From the NCBI GenBank assembly GCA_964016885.1, contig OZ024748.1, positions 58,342,001 to 58,406,000 on the forward strand: DNA of 64,000 nt. The letters run 5' to 3'. Each line of letters opens with the position of its first letter. Position 1 is the stretch's first letter. Both the position numbers and the translations under genes were made by a program. Of this stretch, positions 25,933 to 41,516 are shown one piece after another. The notes below the pieces were generated by a model. That model made no database searches, was not told where the DNA came from, and was given only the letters and a program-made list of their open reading frames with translations. This DNA comes from Eledone cirrhosa (lineage: Eukaryota).

Positions 25933-26285
25933 CCGGGAGAGATGACCCCTTAGCCTTTGTCAAGGCAGGATTCTAGGAGAAGGGAAACTCTGATATAACA
26001 CCTGCAATCCTGAAGGTATCCAATGATGTTGACTTGTTTTTCTTTTTGGTAAATATCATCTTGGCTAAGAGAGTGGGACTGGCTTTGTGCAGTGCATTTG
26101 CTCACTATAAAAGCTTCCCTGCACAGGGATTGCTTTGTATCTGGAGATCTCTCTGCACTTGTCGTTACATGGTGCCATTGTCCCAGCACTATGTGTCAAT
26201 AATTGTCACAAGTGTAGTGTTTGCAGCAGAGTTTTCAAGTCGCTGGTTGGACTAAAAAGTTACACTCGTTTAGCGCATCGGTAGG
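25933..26285 (+). mobile_element. RTE-derived non-autonomous element (5' UTR-like head joined to the C-terminal zinc finger)
   Basis: GGAGAAGGGAAACTCTGATATAA resembles RTE 5' UTR sequence; the 3' part translates to HKCSVCSRVFKSLVGLKSYTRLAH. Confidence 0.55.
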
Positions 26286-26341
26286 GGTTCTGTTACATGG
26301 ATATAAAGTAGTGGCCGTACTCGAAAACGAGTTGGCAGCCA

Positions 26342-26384
<43 letters not shown>

Positions 26385-26599
26385 CATTGGATATCAGTAA
26401 GAACATTTTTTTTATATCGATGTTTAACGGGCATCCACTGATGATTTATAAGTGCTCACCTGCATATATTCCTACGGACTATGTGTAGGCTTCTACATAA
26501 CCTGGACATAATTTTCCCAACTTGTAGAAAACTTATAATGAAACAATTGTTTGGAAAGGGAGATGTATTTTAATTATGTCTCATATAAAATAATACAAC

Positions 26600-28517
<1,918 letters not shown>

Positions 28518-29879
28518 TAAGTCCAATAAAGTTGTAAGAACTCCATGTAGTACTGAGGGAATAATATCAATTTCATCAAGTGATGAATTATTGTCTTTGT
28601 TGTTGGATTTCATCATATCAGAATCCGTTGTGCCTTCTAAATTAGTTACAGAATGGATATAAGAAGCATTCACATAGCGAGATTGATCTAGTTATGAGTA
28701 TGATTCAAAATTATTTTAGCTTTTCAATTTATTTAATAATATAACATTTCGCATAACAATATTCATAAGGAAACCACGAAGACTGTTATTATAATTTTAA
28801 TATCAATTATTACAAATCTGGTTGAAATATAAATATTTTACTTAATACATTAAGAATTGCTTTACAAGATATTAATGATTTTCTTCCAGTCAATAGTAAG
28901 TGTGTCATCGATACGTAATCTATAATTAGACTTTCACCTGGAGATGATATATCATATCAAGTGAAACGTTTATTACTATTTCTCAATGGGATCATGACAC
29001 ACGTATCAACCATTGTATATATATTCCCAAATTCAATCATCAATGATTTTATTTTAATGGAAACAAACATGAAAGACATAATTTTAGATTAATGCTGGGA
29101 AAGTGAATCCAGATTATAAATCATGTATATTTATTGATTTCTAACAGGCGCGTCTTGTATTTTCATTAATAGGATTTGGGTCCGAACGAGAAGAAATTCA
29201 GACATTAATATTTTGATTCTTGACAGTAAGAATGTTTTTATGCATAGCAAAAATAATGTAATATATTTCAACACGTAATGGCTATTCAAGTGAAGAAGGA
29301 TAAATAATTGTATAATATAATGTAATGGAAAATCTTATTTCGCCAACCCAGTATTATATTTGCTAAACATATTCGAGAATATTTGACAGGTTATCAACAG
29401 TGCGAATGTGTGAAGGAGGGCATTTTTACGGTTGTAGTCTATAACTATATATCCCCTCTATAAAAGTGTTTCTATTCATCATTGAAAACATTTCCCAAGC
29501 AATTCGACTGTGCTCTCAACGAGCTTCTGGAGAGTATACTCTAATTAATATGACATTCTTCATTGTATATATTGTCCGTATCATTTGCTTGTCAAAAACA
29601 GGAGTTGTTTCTTTTACTACACGTATATACATTTGTTAGAAACATTACAAAATGCCTGACAAGTGCACAAAAACGGACGAACCCTCTAAACAAAAATAAT
29701 GAATACCATGGGCTTTTCTAGGTTTCAGATTAAAGCTGTCCAAATTCATTGTTAGTCTTTATGCTGATTTAACGAATGAAATGATAAACAACTCAATCAT
29801 TTTTTAACTCTATATTGTTAGCATTAGTTATGGAATGCAGCATGACCCATTGCTTACGATATATTTTCGAAATAGTTAG

Positions 29880-30165
29880 GGCAGTGTTTATATACCACTA
29901 AGTCGGATCCTAGTAAAATGTTGTTTGCCATTACCACGTTGCATCCAATGCCCTGTGAGTAAAACCATAACTATGTAGACAACTATCGAATGGCCAGAAC
30001 TAGTTATACAAAGGACAAACTTTATAAAACGCTGTTATGATTTGTGTCCCTGCTATGTGTACACGAGTCTGTGGAATTCTAGACTACTTACATGTTAATT
30101 TCATGAGCAGGAACACCCGCTGATCAAACAATTAAGCACTCATCGATGAAATCGACGGAGGTTCA
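29880..30165 (+). mobile_element. Second, older SINE-like family; another copy at 37150-37435
   Basis: Both copies share ..CTGTGGAAT....TGTTAATT.CA.GA....TGAT...CTCATCG..GA; resembles an octopus SINE 3' region as I recall it. Confidence 0.55.
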
Positions 30166-31116
30166 TTTCTTTCACTTCCAATCTAACGTGATGTGTATAA
30201 ATTTGAATTGAAATATTTATGTAAATATTTATGTAAATATAAGTAAATTAATCAAATAAATAATGATAGATGGATTTGGGTGTAAAGTTCTCAAATTAAA
30301 ATATATTTTAATGAATGTGTGTTCTACAGAATGAAATGTGTTTGCTGTTTTAATAAATTAAGGCTAATCTATGAAGACTGGTTATAACCCGTCTTCATAC
30401 ATTAGCCTGAATTTATAATCCTGCTCATGAAATGATAATTATCAGAGTTCAATTTCCTAATTCAATACACCCGTAATGCTAACAATGCATGGGAATATTA
30501 GGCAGACCGACAAATAAAACGTTCGAAAGGAAATTGAGAACGAGAGTCATCTGCAATATGATTTCTTTGTTGAACAGTATTCATACACCGTATGTAATTA
30601 TGAATGTGTAAGGAAGTTAGATTTATTCATATCTAAAACACCCATCAATACGTCAGTAATCATCTCCATGTTAAAGCGATAAGAGAAAGCGTGAGAATAG
30701 ATTTCGTTGCCGCCCGATAGGGACTTGAAATCAGTATTTGTGCCATCCAGAGGGATAACGAAAACAGAGATATTGAATTTTATGAAATATTTCATTTATC
30801 GACAATGTGCTCTATTTCATAAGAAAATTGATAAATACACAACGAATGTATACGACGAAATAACTACCAGAAATCTGATAAATGCTACCATTATCTTTCC
30901 ATTCAAATGAATTTGTTCTATTTGTAATTTGTCGTGTCTCCCAAGTATTCCAAGTATTTGCTGATGTTACATTGATATGAATTAATCAAAATATCTAAAG
31001 GCAATCGATGAGAATTTTAGCGGATTAATTAAACCTCCAGCTGAAAGAATATTACGATGATGCTACTGCCGTTTGAAAATGATGGATGTCAACATACCAT
31101 ATTATTTAAGATATGT

Positions 31117-32790
31117 GCAGTGGATTGATAGTAAAAGTAGATCGTTAGACACCATGATTTGCAGCATAGAGTTACGCCCCATTTACGTTCTGAGTTCAAA
31201 TGACGCCAAGGTTAGATTTGCCTTTCATCCTTACGGGCTCGATAAAATAAAGCACCAGTAATAAACTGTGGTAATTGCTGGCCTTGTGCAAAAAGTAGAA
31301 ACAAGTTGTTACTTGATACTTTGACAGTGAGAACGAGCTAGGATGTAAACATACCTATTTCTCTGATAATATAGGCTGATATACCGGTAAACGTATCCAA
31401 AATTGAAACTACGAGTATGAAAAGCTCCATACGCTAAATAATTAAACCGCGGTATATAGTGTGGACTAGTGTGTATATGTAATTTCTCTTTCTCTCTATA
31501 CCACACACAAACACATTCTTATCATCCCTCTTTCATAAAGACATGATTCGACACCCACTCTCTCAAGGACACATGTTCAAAAATGCTAGTTTTGTTGCAA
31601 ATGCGGCTGAGTCCTATATACGAGACAGGTGAAATGAAATGAGTGATAATCGATTTTGTTGTGTACATAATAAAAAAAACATCATCTATTCATTGTAATG
31701 GTTATGATAGAGTATCATTACTTTATTATTATTATTATTTAGGGTGGTGGATTGACAGTATCGGTAGAGGGTCGGACGCCATGCTTTCCAGCATAGTTAC
31801 GCCCATTTATGGTCTGAGTTCAAATCCCGCCGAGGTTAACTTTGCCTTTCATCCTTAAGGGGTCGATAAAATAAAGTACCAGTCACACACTAGGGTTGAT
31901 TTAATCGAATTTCCCCTCACCTAAAATTGCTGGCCTTGTACCTATATAAGAAACCATTACTTCATTATTATTATGGCTATATATTTTTTGTTGTTGTTTT
32001 TTTTGTAGAGAAATAAGCGTTCTATTTTGTATTTAAAAATAAAATTATTATCATTACGTGAGCGAGTTCGGTGGGTTGGCAGTATCAGCAGAGCATCGGA
32101 TATGCTTTGTGGCATAGCGTTACATCCCTTTACGTTCAAATTCCACCGAGATTATCTTTGTTTGTTCATCCTTACGTGGTCGATAATATAATGTACCAGT
32201 AATACACTGGATTCAATTTTATTGAATTTCCTCCGCCCATCAAAATTACTGGCATTGTGCCTATAATAGAAATCATTATTATGTTAGTGAATAATAAAGT
32301 ACCAGTAATGCACTGGTTAATTGCTGGCCTTGTGCCAAAAATAGAAATAATTATTATGTTAGTGAATGGCGGTGAATTGGCAGTATCGGTAGAGGGTTGG
32401 ACGCCATGCTTTCAAGTATAGTTACATCCCTTTACAGTCTGAGTTCAAATTCCGCCGACGTTAACTTTGCCTTTCATCCTTACGGGGTCGATAAAATAAA
32501 GTACCAGTAATGTACTGGTAATTGCTGGCCTTGTGCATAAAATAGAAACAATTATTATGTTAGTGATTTCCCGTGGATTGGCAGTGTCGGTAGGGCGTCG
32601 GCCAACATGCTTCGTGGCATATTGTTACGTTCCTTTACGTTCGGCGTTCAGATCAGGACGAGGTTAGTTTTGTCTTTCATCCTTACGGGATCGACAACTG
32701 AAAGTATCAGTAACGTACTAAGGTCAATTAATCGACTGTTCACTTCCCCAATACTGTTGGACATTTGCCTAAATCAGAAACTATCATTAC
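31117..32790 (+). mobile_element. Cluster of SINE copies (31117-31310, 31742-31970, 32070-32282, 32295-32357 partial, 32368-32557, 32573-32790)
   Basis: Repeated family core, all in the same orientation. Confidence 0.9.
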
Positions 32791-33799
32791 GTTGGCGAGA
32801 GAGGTGGATTGCAAGAAACGTTACAGCCTCGTCCGAAATGATTTCCAGCATGTCTTCCTTTGTTATTTCGAAATCCCCCGTGCTTAACATGTTTAAGATA
32901 ATAATCAGTTCACTTCCACAATACACGCACAAAAAAGAAAAACATCTTTACTTTGTTCGTATTTTAGGAGCAGTTATTATTACATTGGTTAAATTGTGTG
33001 CCGAAATGGATGATTTGTGGACAAAAATTGCCTATTTTACTAGAAAAATTTATTTGCGGTAATTAGCTGTAAACAATGTATGTTCTGGATTCATTTCCAG
33101 GATAACATATGCACCACCAAATAATACATAGATTTAATTGACTCTATCCTTCCAACATCATTTTCCAAATTTCATTAATATTTTGAATTATTATTGATTG
33201 TAAACTGGCATAAAGATGCTGGACTTTTGACATGACCTAGTAGATATGTTATATCGACATCAGCGCTTGCGACAAGTGTACAATTCCAAATATTTATTTT
33301 GGATTCAAATTTGTTATACAAACAAAAAGCTGCTGTCACTTACTGGAAAAAATACGGTCAACAGACGAAGAATGAATTGTAATGAGATCATAACTGAGAA
33401 GCAACATCGAAACTGTTACTATAAACCATCTGCCTCATGTTTTAAATGAGTTTAACAGATTTAATATCCGAATATTTCAAGATTAAAATTAAATATTTCT
33501 ATTTATTTTTTCTAATATTCTATGACGTGCGCCATCTATTAGCTTTCCACTTACGACATTGTTTCTGTTTGGAAAGAAATATTGAACAAATATGAAAAAC
33601 ATATTTGTTAACATTTTCCTAATGAGACCTAATTTTAACCTTTTCGAGACAATTTTCTTTTCAATGCAACACACAGCCTATCTGTCCACATTTCTAAAAA
33701 AAAAAAACACATACCAACGTCTCCATTTTATAAACTAGTGACTTCACAACTTCCGTGATAAACATCAGTATAAAAATCATAAATTAAGTTATTATCGTA

Positions 33800-33975
33800 C
33801 AGTGTCGGACATACACCCCTTTACAATCTGAATTCAAATCCTGTCGAGGGTAGCTTTGAATATCATTCTTACGGTGTAGATAAAATAAAGTACCAGGAAT
33901 GCACTTTCGTTTATTTAATCGACTTTCCCTACCCCCAAATAGTTGGCTTTGTGCCTAAATCAGAAACCATTTTAT
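33800..33975 (+). mobile_element. SINE copy, long variant, diverged
   Basis: Family core plus the TTAATCGACT..CCCC segment. Confidence 0.75.
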
Positions 33976-34589
33976 TAATGTCAATAGCATATATGATATA
34001 AATACTCAAACCTGAAACTTGATTTTCATTAAAATATGAAAATAGAGACGAAATTTGAATGTAGATGGGTTATGAAAAGATGTGTAAATTTAGTGTAACG
34101 CTGAATACATGTATGAAACGCTTTTACGGATTAACCAAAGTTTTCTTTGCGTAAGTATTGATTTTCTATATAGACGCGTCTACATTTGGTTTGAAATTAT
34201 AAACTCGGCAATATGTAAGGCATTGTAATGTAATGCAAAACAATAAATGGTATTTAAACTCTTGCAAGTATTGTACTGAAACAATACGATGTGTGGTATG
34301 AAAGAGATACGATACAATGAACCAAATATAACTTTCAAAATATTCTAACTAAACTTTAAGAGTTTGTATAATACAAAGAGTTATTACTACAGGGAGGAGA
34401 GAAGACAAATACGTTATTCATGAATCTGAAAGTCAACGCACTGCTTACATTTCAATCCACAAAATGTAATGGAAAACAATTCTCTGCTAGACAAAAGTAC
34501 GAACTATACAATATTGTATAAATAGTATAATTTTTCAAACTTAGACACTATTAGCTTGAGTTATTTTTCAATTTGTATAGATTTAATTA

Positions 34590-34737
34590 TTATTGTTTCT
34601 ACTTTAGGCACAAGGTCAGCAATTAACCAGTGCATTACTGGTACTTTATTTTATCGACCCCGTAAGGATGAAAGGCAAAGTCAACCTCGCCGGGATTTGA
34701 ACTCAGATTGTAAAGGGACGTAACTATGCTGGAAAGA
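34590..34737 (-). mobile_element. 5'-truncated SINE copy with TSD
   Basis: Family core; AGATTTAATTAT on both sides. Confidence 0.85.
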
Positions 34738-34913
34738 TTTAATTATAATGATTGTTTCACATACTTGCTGCCATGTTTTACTCCTACATAGAACAACGTC
34801 TGCTCTCGAACAAATATTTAAAATTATTTGAAAATCTTAAGGAAAATTTTGTGTTACATCAGGAGATATTATCCGGTATAATATAGCATTGGTTTCCTAT
34901 TAGAAAAATAATG

Positions 34914-34950
<37 letters not shown>

Positions 34951-35054
34951 TTAACTAATTTTGAAAACCAAACAATGCAATAGAAAAATTTTAAATCGCC
35001 AATTTGTGTTTCCTATTCAACAATGCTTCAAGCAGGTTACAAAAGTTGTATTTA

Positions 35055-35129
<75 letters not shown>

Positions 35130-36496
35130 GATATATTCGATATGTCGCATACGAAATAATACACCCAATTTTCCACACAATACATTTAGTTAGCACCCCG
35201 AACGTTTAATTAGGAATATACTCACTTATTTCCTAATATTTGTTGAGTGAGTTGGAATTTGGCCGGAGTATCGCTAAAAACTTTCTCCGATAATGTATTT
35301 ATATATATATATATATATTTTCTTTTTCTCTGATCTCTTTGACTTTGTGTTGGATGATTGTTTTAAGAGAGATATTTTGCTTTTATCCCATAACCATTTA
35401 GTTATATGCAAACTGAGACTACCTCCTAAATTCTTGAAATCTGAAACAGATAGCAGATCCAGTTTGACCTACACATTAACGTAGGAAGCGGATATATGTT
35501 CATCTGAATTCAGTCAACTCTCCTACGATTCCTGAGGATGGAGGCAAAATTGCTCAACTCTGCCATTTTTTCTACATCCTTCAGAGGTGGCACTCGAAGG
35601 CGGTCCGGTGTTATGCTGGGTTTAAAGATGTAGGCTTACAAAAATCGACTTGGAAAAAGGTTTTCCGCCTTTCGTTAGTTGTTAAAGAAGGCCCGAAAAG
35701 TAGCAACTGTGAGAGTAAGACAATGTCCAAGATTAATGAGTACATAATAGCTACGAAAGGATTCAACAACAGAAACCTTTATCTGTTCGGTTGTCTTACA
35801 TCTTCCCTTGTTTCCGCTTTTCTTTATCGTTTTTATCTGCCTGCATTATCTGCCACCCATTGGCCTTAGATATCTGAGATTTTATTTTCATGTTTTCCCC
35901 TTTTTAATTTTTTATTACTTGTCTCACTAGATCTATTTGATTGCCACCACGAGGAGTACTCGAAATTTCCTCTAGTTTATCATGCCTTACTAGCTCCATA
36001 CGGAGCTTAAATTGAATGAATTAATTGGAGGAGTTTGGCTAAAGCCGGAATCCGAATTTAGATGATCAAAGCATGTATTTTGTAGACCATCCAACAACAA
36101 TGTAATAAGATCAACTGTCAGGTTCACAATTTACGTTTGACAACAACTTACATTCCTTTGAATACAATATTCTGAATTAGCATACTGAGCATATAATTTA
36201 GATTTGTGATCATTAGAAAGCTGCGAATAGACTGTCGAGCATAATTATAAATTGATATCATGAATGATTGGCACATTGAAAGCACTTCTTTAATTCCTTA
36301 TCTTTGTTAGGAAATCTATAAGCCATTCTCTACTACGTTATTATGGAAGGCAGGTTTGAGGATATTTTCTCAATATTAGCAGTTAAACAAATTTTAATTT
36401 ATGTATGTGTATAATTGTTTTTCAAAGTAATTAACTTACTTATTATGCACATGCTTAGTTTTGCTTCATCTCACCAACACTAAATATATCTCCCCC

Positions 36497-36569
<73 letters not shown>

Positions 36570-36617
36570 TAATAAAATAATGAATAAACAAAGAAACAGT
36601 TCCTTATATTAAAAAAT

Positions 36618-36756
36618 TCATCATTTTACGATCGTTTCTAGGATATATATGTTAGTGTTTGTATGCATATCCTATAGATCTATGTAATATTTTTACAAAC
36701 TATCAGAGGGAATATACATACCTACACATATATATGCTGTCTTCAGAAATAATGAT
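36618..36756 (-). ncRNA. Type I hammerhead with ~100-nt stem II (H4)
   Basis: Reverse-complement copy of 36771-36909. Confidence 0.75.
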
Positions 36757-36770
36757 TTCAATAAACAAAT

Positions 36771-36909
36771 ATCATTATTTCTGAAGACAGCATATATATG
36801 TGTAGGTATGTATATTCCCTCTGATAGTTTGTAAAAATTTTACATAGATCTATAGGATATGCATACCAACACTAACATATATGTCCTAGAAACGATCGTA
36901 AAATGATGA
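36771..36909 (+). ncRNA. Type I hammerhead with ~100-nt stem II (H4)
   Basis: TCATTATTT-CTGAAGA(36781-87)-[101-nt hairpin]-GAAA(36889-92)-CGATCG-TA-AAATGATGA; stem III palindrome ACGATCGT. Confidence 0.8.
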
Positions 36910-37484
36910 ATTTTTTAATATAAGGAACTGTTTCTTTGTTTATTCATTATTTTATTAATTTATCTTGACTCTGTTTTCCGTTATTTTTCACCGAAAAAAT
37001 TTTTTAAATACATCTTCTCTTTTCATGATATTCGGATTACATTGAGTTCTTCATACGGATTGGACACTACCCTACATTTTGGTAGATTTATCTACATATA
37101 TATATATATATGTATATATATATGAAGTAATCCGTATTGTCAGTAATTCGGCCCACGTTCGATAAGTGCTGATTTCGATTCCCGTACAGGGGCTCTGGGT
37201 TATGCTCTACAGTAAACAGTTTACTTCACCTGGCTTCAATACAATCAGCTGGCAAAATAATTCCTCTATTTTCAAGGATCCTTGTCACACGTGTCATTCT
37301 GAATCTTCCGGAGAAATACTACATTGAGGGTGTAGCTGACTGTGGAATAGTCACTCACCTGTTAATTCCACGATCTGGCATTTCCATTGATTAAGTCAAC
37401 CGGTGGACTCATCGTCTGAAAGGACGCAGGTCAAACATATACCCCCCCTCTCTTCTCTCCACTGATTCTGCCTATCTCTATGTG

Positions 37485-37554
<70 letters not shown>

Positions 37555-37831
37555 CGGTATGTGCGCATTTCTTCTAAGTTTAATTTGACTACTAATTACG
37601 TGCGGTTGACGATATATTTGATCGGATTCTGCATGCTGCCAAAGTGTTTGATAAATAATGGAACGGAGTTAACGCGAACTGGCTGCGATCAATTGTTTGT
37701 CGGAGATTTCCCCGTTAGAAAATTTACTCTTAAAGCTTGCTGGATTTGATTATGTATATGGTTGATTATGCTGATTAGAGGAAGAAGTAGTATATATTTT
37801 AATATCTAGTTGATTCTATAGACATGTTTTA

Positions 37832-37876
<45 letters not shown>

Positions 37877-37907
37877 AGTATCTATGTTGTGTTTATGAGA
37901 GGGAATC

Positions 37908-37996
<89 letters not shown>

Positions 37997-39304
37997 CTTA
38001 AATAATATATATACAAGAAGGGTTAACCCATATAAATTGATTGATCCGTTAACAGATATTTCGTGTCAATATACCCACAAAGCTCTGCAGGTTTTCCATA
38101 CCTCGTATAGGAAATATATGCTTGCTAACGTCTATAGAAGAATCATTGGATTTGGTTTATGATGTGGTAGGTAATTGCTCTAATCTTAGATGAAATCCTA
38201 TCGATCAACTGTCGCTTGAAATCCTGTGCTAGTTTCTCTTCATTCCTTCCGTACGTCTCTCATATCTCATTTTCATTGTCATGTGTGAAAATTGGGCAGT
38301 AAATTTGTGGAATCATTATGACGTGCTATAACATTATTTGTAGCATCTTCTCCAGCTTTTTTTATGAATTGCGATCAAATCCTGGTGAAATCAACTTTAA
38401 CTTTGATCCTTTCTCGCTCAATTAAATCGGCATTACAATCAAATGTATCGTTTTATTATTAGTTAATTAATATTTTAGTATATTTAATTTATTCTAAATC
38501 TTTCATATGTTACTACACATCTACCTCAGTGTGTAATCCTAAGCTTTTGTGCCACTATTGATTTCTATGTTGACTTACGATCTGTGGAGTCATCCATGGC
38601 CTGGGTTTCTCTACATCTCTTAAACAGTGTATTCTATAATTCCTTAAAAACATTGTGACTTTCTACAATTTTAAAACTAGTTTTGTCCGCGGAAATGTCT
38701 TTGCATATTTGGCGGTGGGCTACACCCGAAACACAGCCTTACTCTAGGCACAACGCCCATGATCCTCTTCCCCACCCCCTCCGTGGCCCCCAAATCCTTG
38801 CCGTATTTCTCTTCCTTTTTCCTCTCATTTATGGAATTTATAGTCCTTTACTCTACTTTCCCATACAGCCAGATCTATCCTTCTTTACCCTTCTCCCCTC
38901 TTTTCATTACTTAATTTGGTTTTTTTTTATCTTTCTAGGTCACATTTTCATCATTGTTTAATTTCTTTGTGTAAAATCATAAGAATGTTTAGATGTAAAA
39001 AAATGTTTTTAATCTATTGTCCTTTACATTTTTTTTTTCCGTTATCGTCGTTATTTTGTCTCTGTGTAGTTAATATCTATTTTATAGTTTATTGTTTCCT
39101 GAAATATAAAGAAATGTTTCTTGTTTCTGGTTTTTTTTTTCGCATCTAGCCGCCGCCTTCTGATTCTTTCTAAATATATTCCCCGTCTGACATTTCTTAT
39201 ATTTGATTGTTCTATTTGTGACCAACTGCCATCTCCTTTTGGGTGTGGGGGCGGATCATTCTACCTATAATTATATGTGGGTGGAGGATTCATAACGAGG
39301 TTAA

Positions 39305-39530
39305 ATATTTCTTCTTCTTCTACTTCTAATTCTACTTCTTCTTCTTTTTCTTTTTCTTTTTCTTCTACTTTTTCTTCTTTTCTTCTTCTTTTCTTCTTCT
39401 TTTTCTTCCTCTTTTTCTTCTTCTTTTCTTCTTCTTTTTCTTCTTCTTCTTTTCTTTTTCTTTTCTTCTTCTTTTCTTCTTTTCTTCTTTTATTCTTCTT
39501 TTCTTCTTCTTTTCTTCTTCTTCATCATTA
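39305..39530. repeat. (CTT)n/T-rich low-complexity tract
   Basis: Direct inspection; followed by a SINE 3' piece at 39541-39610. Confidence 0.9.
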
Positions 39531-39838
39531 TTATTTTTGTGGTAAAATAAAGTACCAGTAATGCACTGGTAATTGCTGGCCTTGTGCCTAAACTAGAAAC
39601 AATTATTATTTTTGTGGTATAACTAAATGTAAAAATCAATGGGGCACCTGATAAATGTTAGTTTCAATAATATGATGCATTGTTTATCAAGGCATTTAAG
39701 TAATAAATGGTGACTAGAGTGATTGATATATCAGATACATTGACTAAAAGCAGTACAATAACTCCCATTGTAATGTAGTCTTTGTCCTTACATCCGCGTT
39801 AAAGGCGGATATTGAACTAATTTTCTCTCTATGAGTTA

Positions 39839-39913
<75 letters not shown>

Positions 39914-40013
39914 ATTGGTAAACGGAAAAGAAAATGCTGACAAATTGTTCACAGTGAAAAATAGTTTAATATATATATATTCGTGTTTACTACCACACTC
40001 ACACACATATATA

Positions 40014-40049
<36 letters not shown>

Positions 40050-40719
40050 GTATATATATGTGTCTGTGTGTGTGTTTGTGTTTGTCTCAGTTTTTATGTG
40101 TGTGTGAGAGAGTTTCTGTGTGTGTTACTATGGATTTAATATGTAATTATGAAATGAATCATTGAAAATGGAATCAGAAATAGAGGTCATAAAACCCAAT
40201 TAAGGTATATGAAAGTGCTACGTCAGACAAATCATTTTTCTACTTGAATATATTTAATATCCATTAGCTATTATTGCTGGTTATATTCAAGGTAACTTAG
40301 AAACCATTCAGATTGTCATTCATTTAACTGACAGATATCAGAATTCGCTTTCTTAATTAGTATAAGGCTTCAGCTTTTACGAAGACACTTAATATATTAT
40401 GTAACTTTATAACTGACTTTGTCACGGGTGTTGATCTCATAAATGAAATAAATTAGCTCCTATCAATAAGAGACATCTTGTATTTGATTTGACTGAATAA
40501 AATCTGGAATCATTGTTCTCTCTCACTCAACTAGATTTTAAATGTTTCAATTGTCCAGCAAAAAATGTGTATTTATCTATGTAGAGAATCTAAAAAGCAC
40601 TATTAAAGCATTTTGTATTTATTTCGGTTTTCCAGGCTTCCGTATTCTTTAATACAGCTTCTTTTTCTTCGTTTTCGTCTTTTCTTTTTCCTTTTTCCTT
40701 TTTTTATTTTCTTCTTCGT

Positions 40720-40970
40720 GAGGGGTTCGTTGTGACAGAAAAGCAAGTGCACCTGATCTGGTTGAATCCCCAAGTGAGATTAACCCAGCTCTAGGATGTT
40801 ACTTAGCCATCATGCTCATGGTGTATCCCTGGGTCTCCTGCTGTTTGATTTTAACCGTATAATCTGTCACGCTATTCGATCCTGAGGCATTCTAACCACA
40901 TAAGCATACTATCGGAGCTGTGTTCTGTCAAGTTGGAGAAGTCGTATCTCTACCTGAAGAACCTTCCATT
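40720..40970 (-). mobile_element. RTE LINE 3' fragment
   Basis: LDRTQLR*YAYVVRMPQDRIA; homologous to 44200-44625. Confidence 0.7.
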
Positions 40971-41516
40971 ATCATGGGTGTTGTCACAAATAAAATGAAT
41001 TAGCTCCTGTCAATAATCGGAAGTGTATATTTAATGTATGTTGATAAAATCGTGAAACGTTGTTCAGTGTCACTCAGCTACATAGATTGTAAATGATCAA
41101 TTTGTTTACTAAGGATATTTGTATATCTGTGTAGATGTAAAAAGGACTTTTAACGCATTCAATTCGGACCAACGAAACTTGAGCACCCATTTGTGTTACA
41201 GTTGTAATTATATATATATATATATAGACACGATGATTAAAAATATAAATTAAATCGTAAATAAATACCTCTATAACGATATCACTAAGAGAATGTTTAA
41301 AGCGACCGTCCAAATACACGTGGGAGAGAGAAGTCACATCGTGTTTAAGGGCAGTGAACCAGTGGGCTCTGAGAGACGAGCTGCTAGAAAGGGCAGCCCA
41401 AAACCACTCAGAGAAGTCTGCTCAACCAAGGAGAGAGGAAAGAATGCTAATTCTCTTAGTGTTGTCTGAAATGTATAGCCTAACACACGCTGATGAACCG
41501 TGTTTTTCATTTCTGT

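Larger units (their letters stand above)
36565..37095. mobile_element. Inverted pair of Penelope-like pLTR fragments (family H4), each with a long-stem-II hammerhead
   Basis: 36565-36756 and 36771-36962 are reverse complements; 36760-37095 matches the reverse complement of 57636-57975; (TA)n flanks. Confidence 0.9.
28520..37830 (-). pseudogene. Toll-like receptor pseudogene (possibly two): LRRs, LRRCT, TM, TIR
   Basis: LRRs: IQNIVFKGM and LQNTCFDHL (~36060-36180), VSMLLLSYDLI (~33385-33415), EIYSHAFSY..VLDMNKSN (30598-30710). LRRCT RPFLCTCQ (29655-29680). Juxtamembrane LRVEIYYII (~29255-29280). TIR: SCKAILNVLSKIF, QSSWFPYEYCYA, IILI (~28690-28870). Confidence 0.65.

Noticed and set aside
31117-32790. 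CRISPR-like or tRNA-gene array
   Set aside because: The units are ~190-230-bp SINE copies with no repeat-spacer structure and no full cloverleaf.
39277-39561. 94-aa S/F-rich ORF resembling a membrane protein
   Set aside because: Translation of the (CTT)n low-complexity tract.
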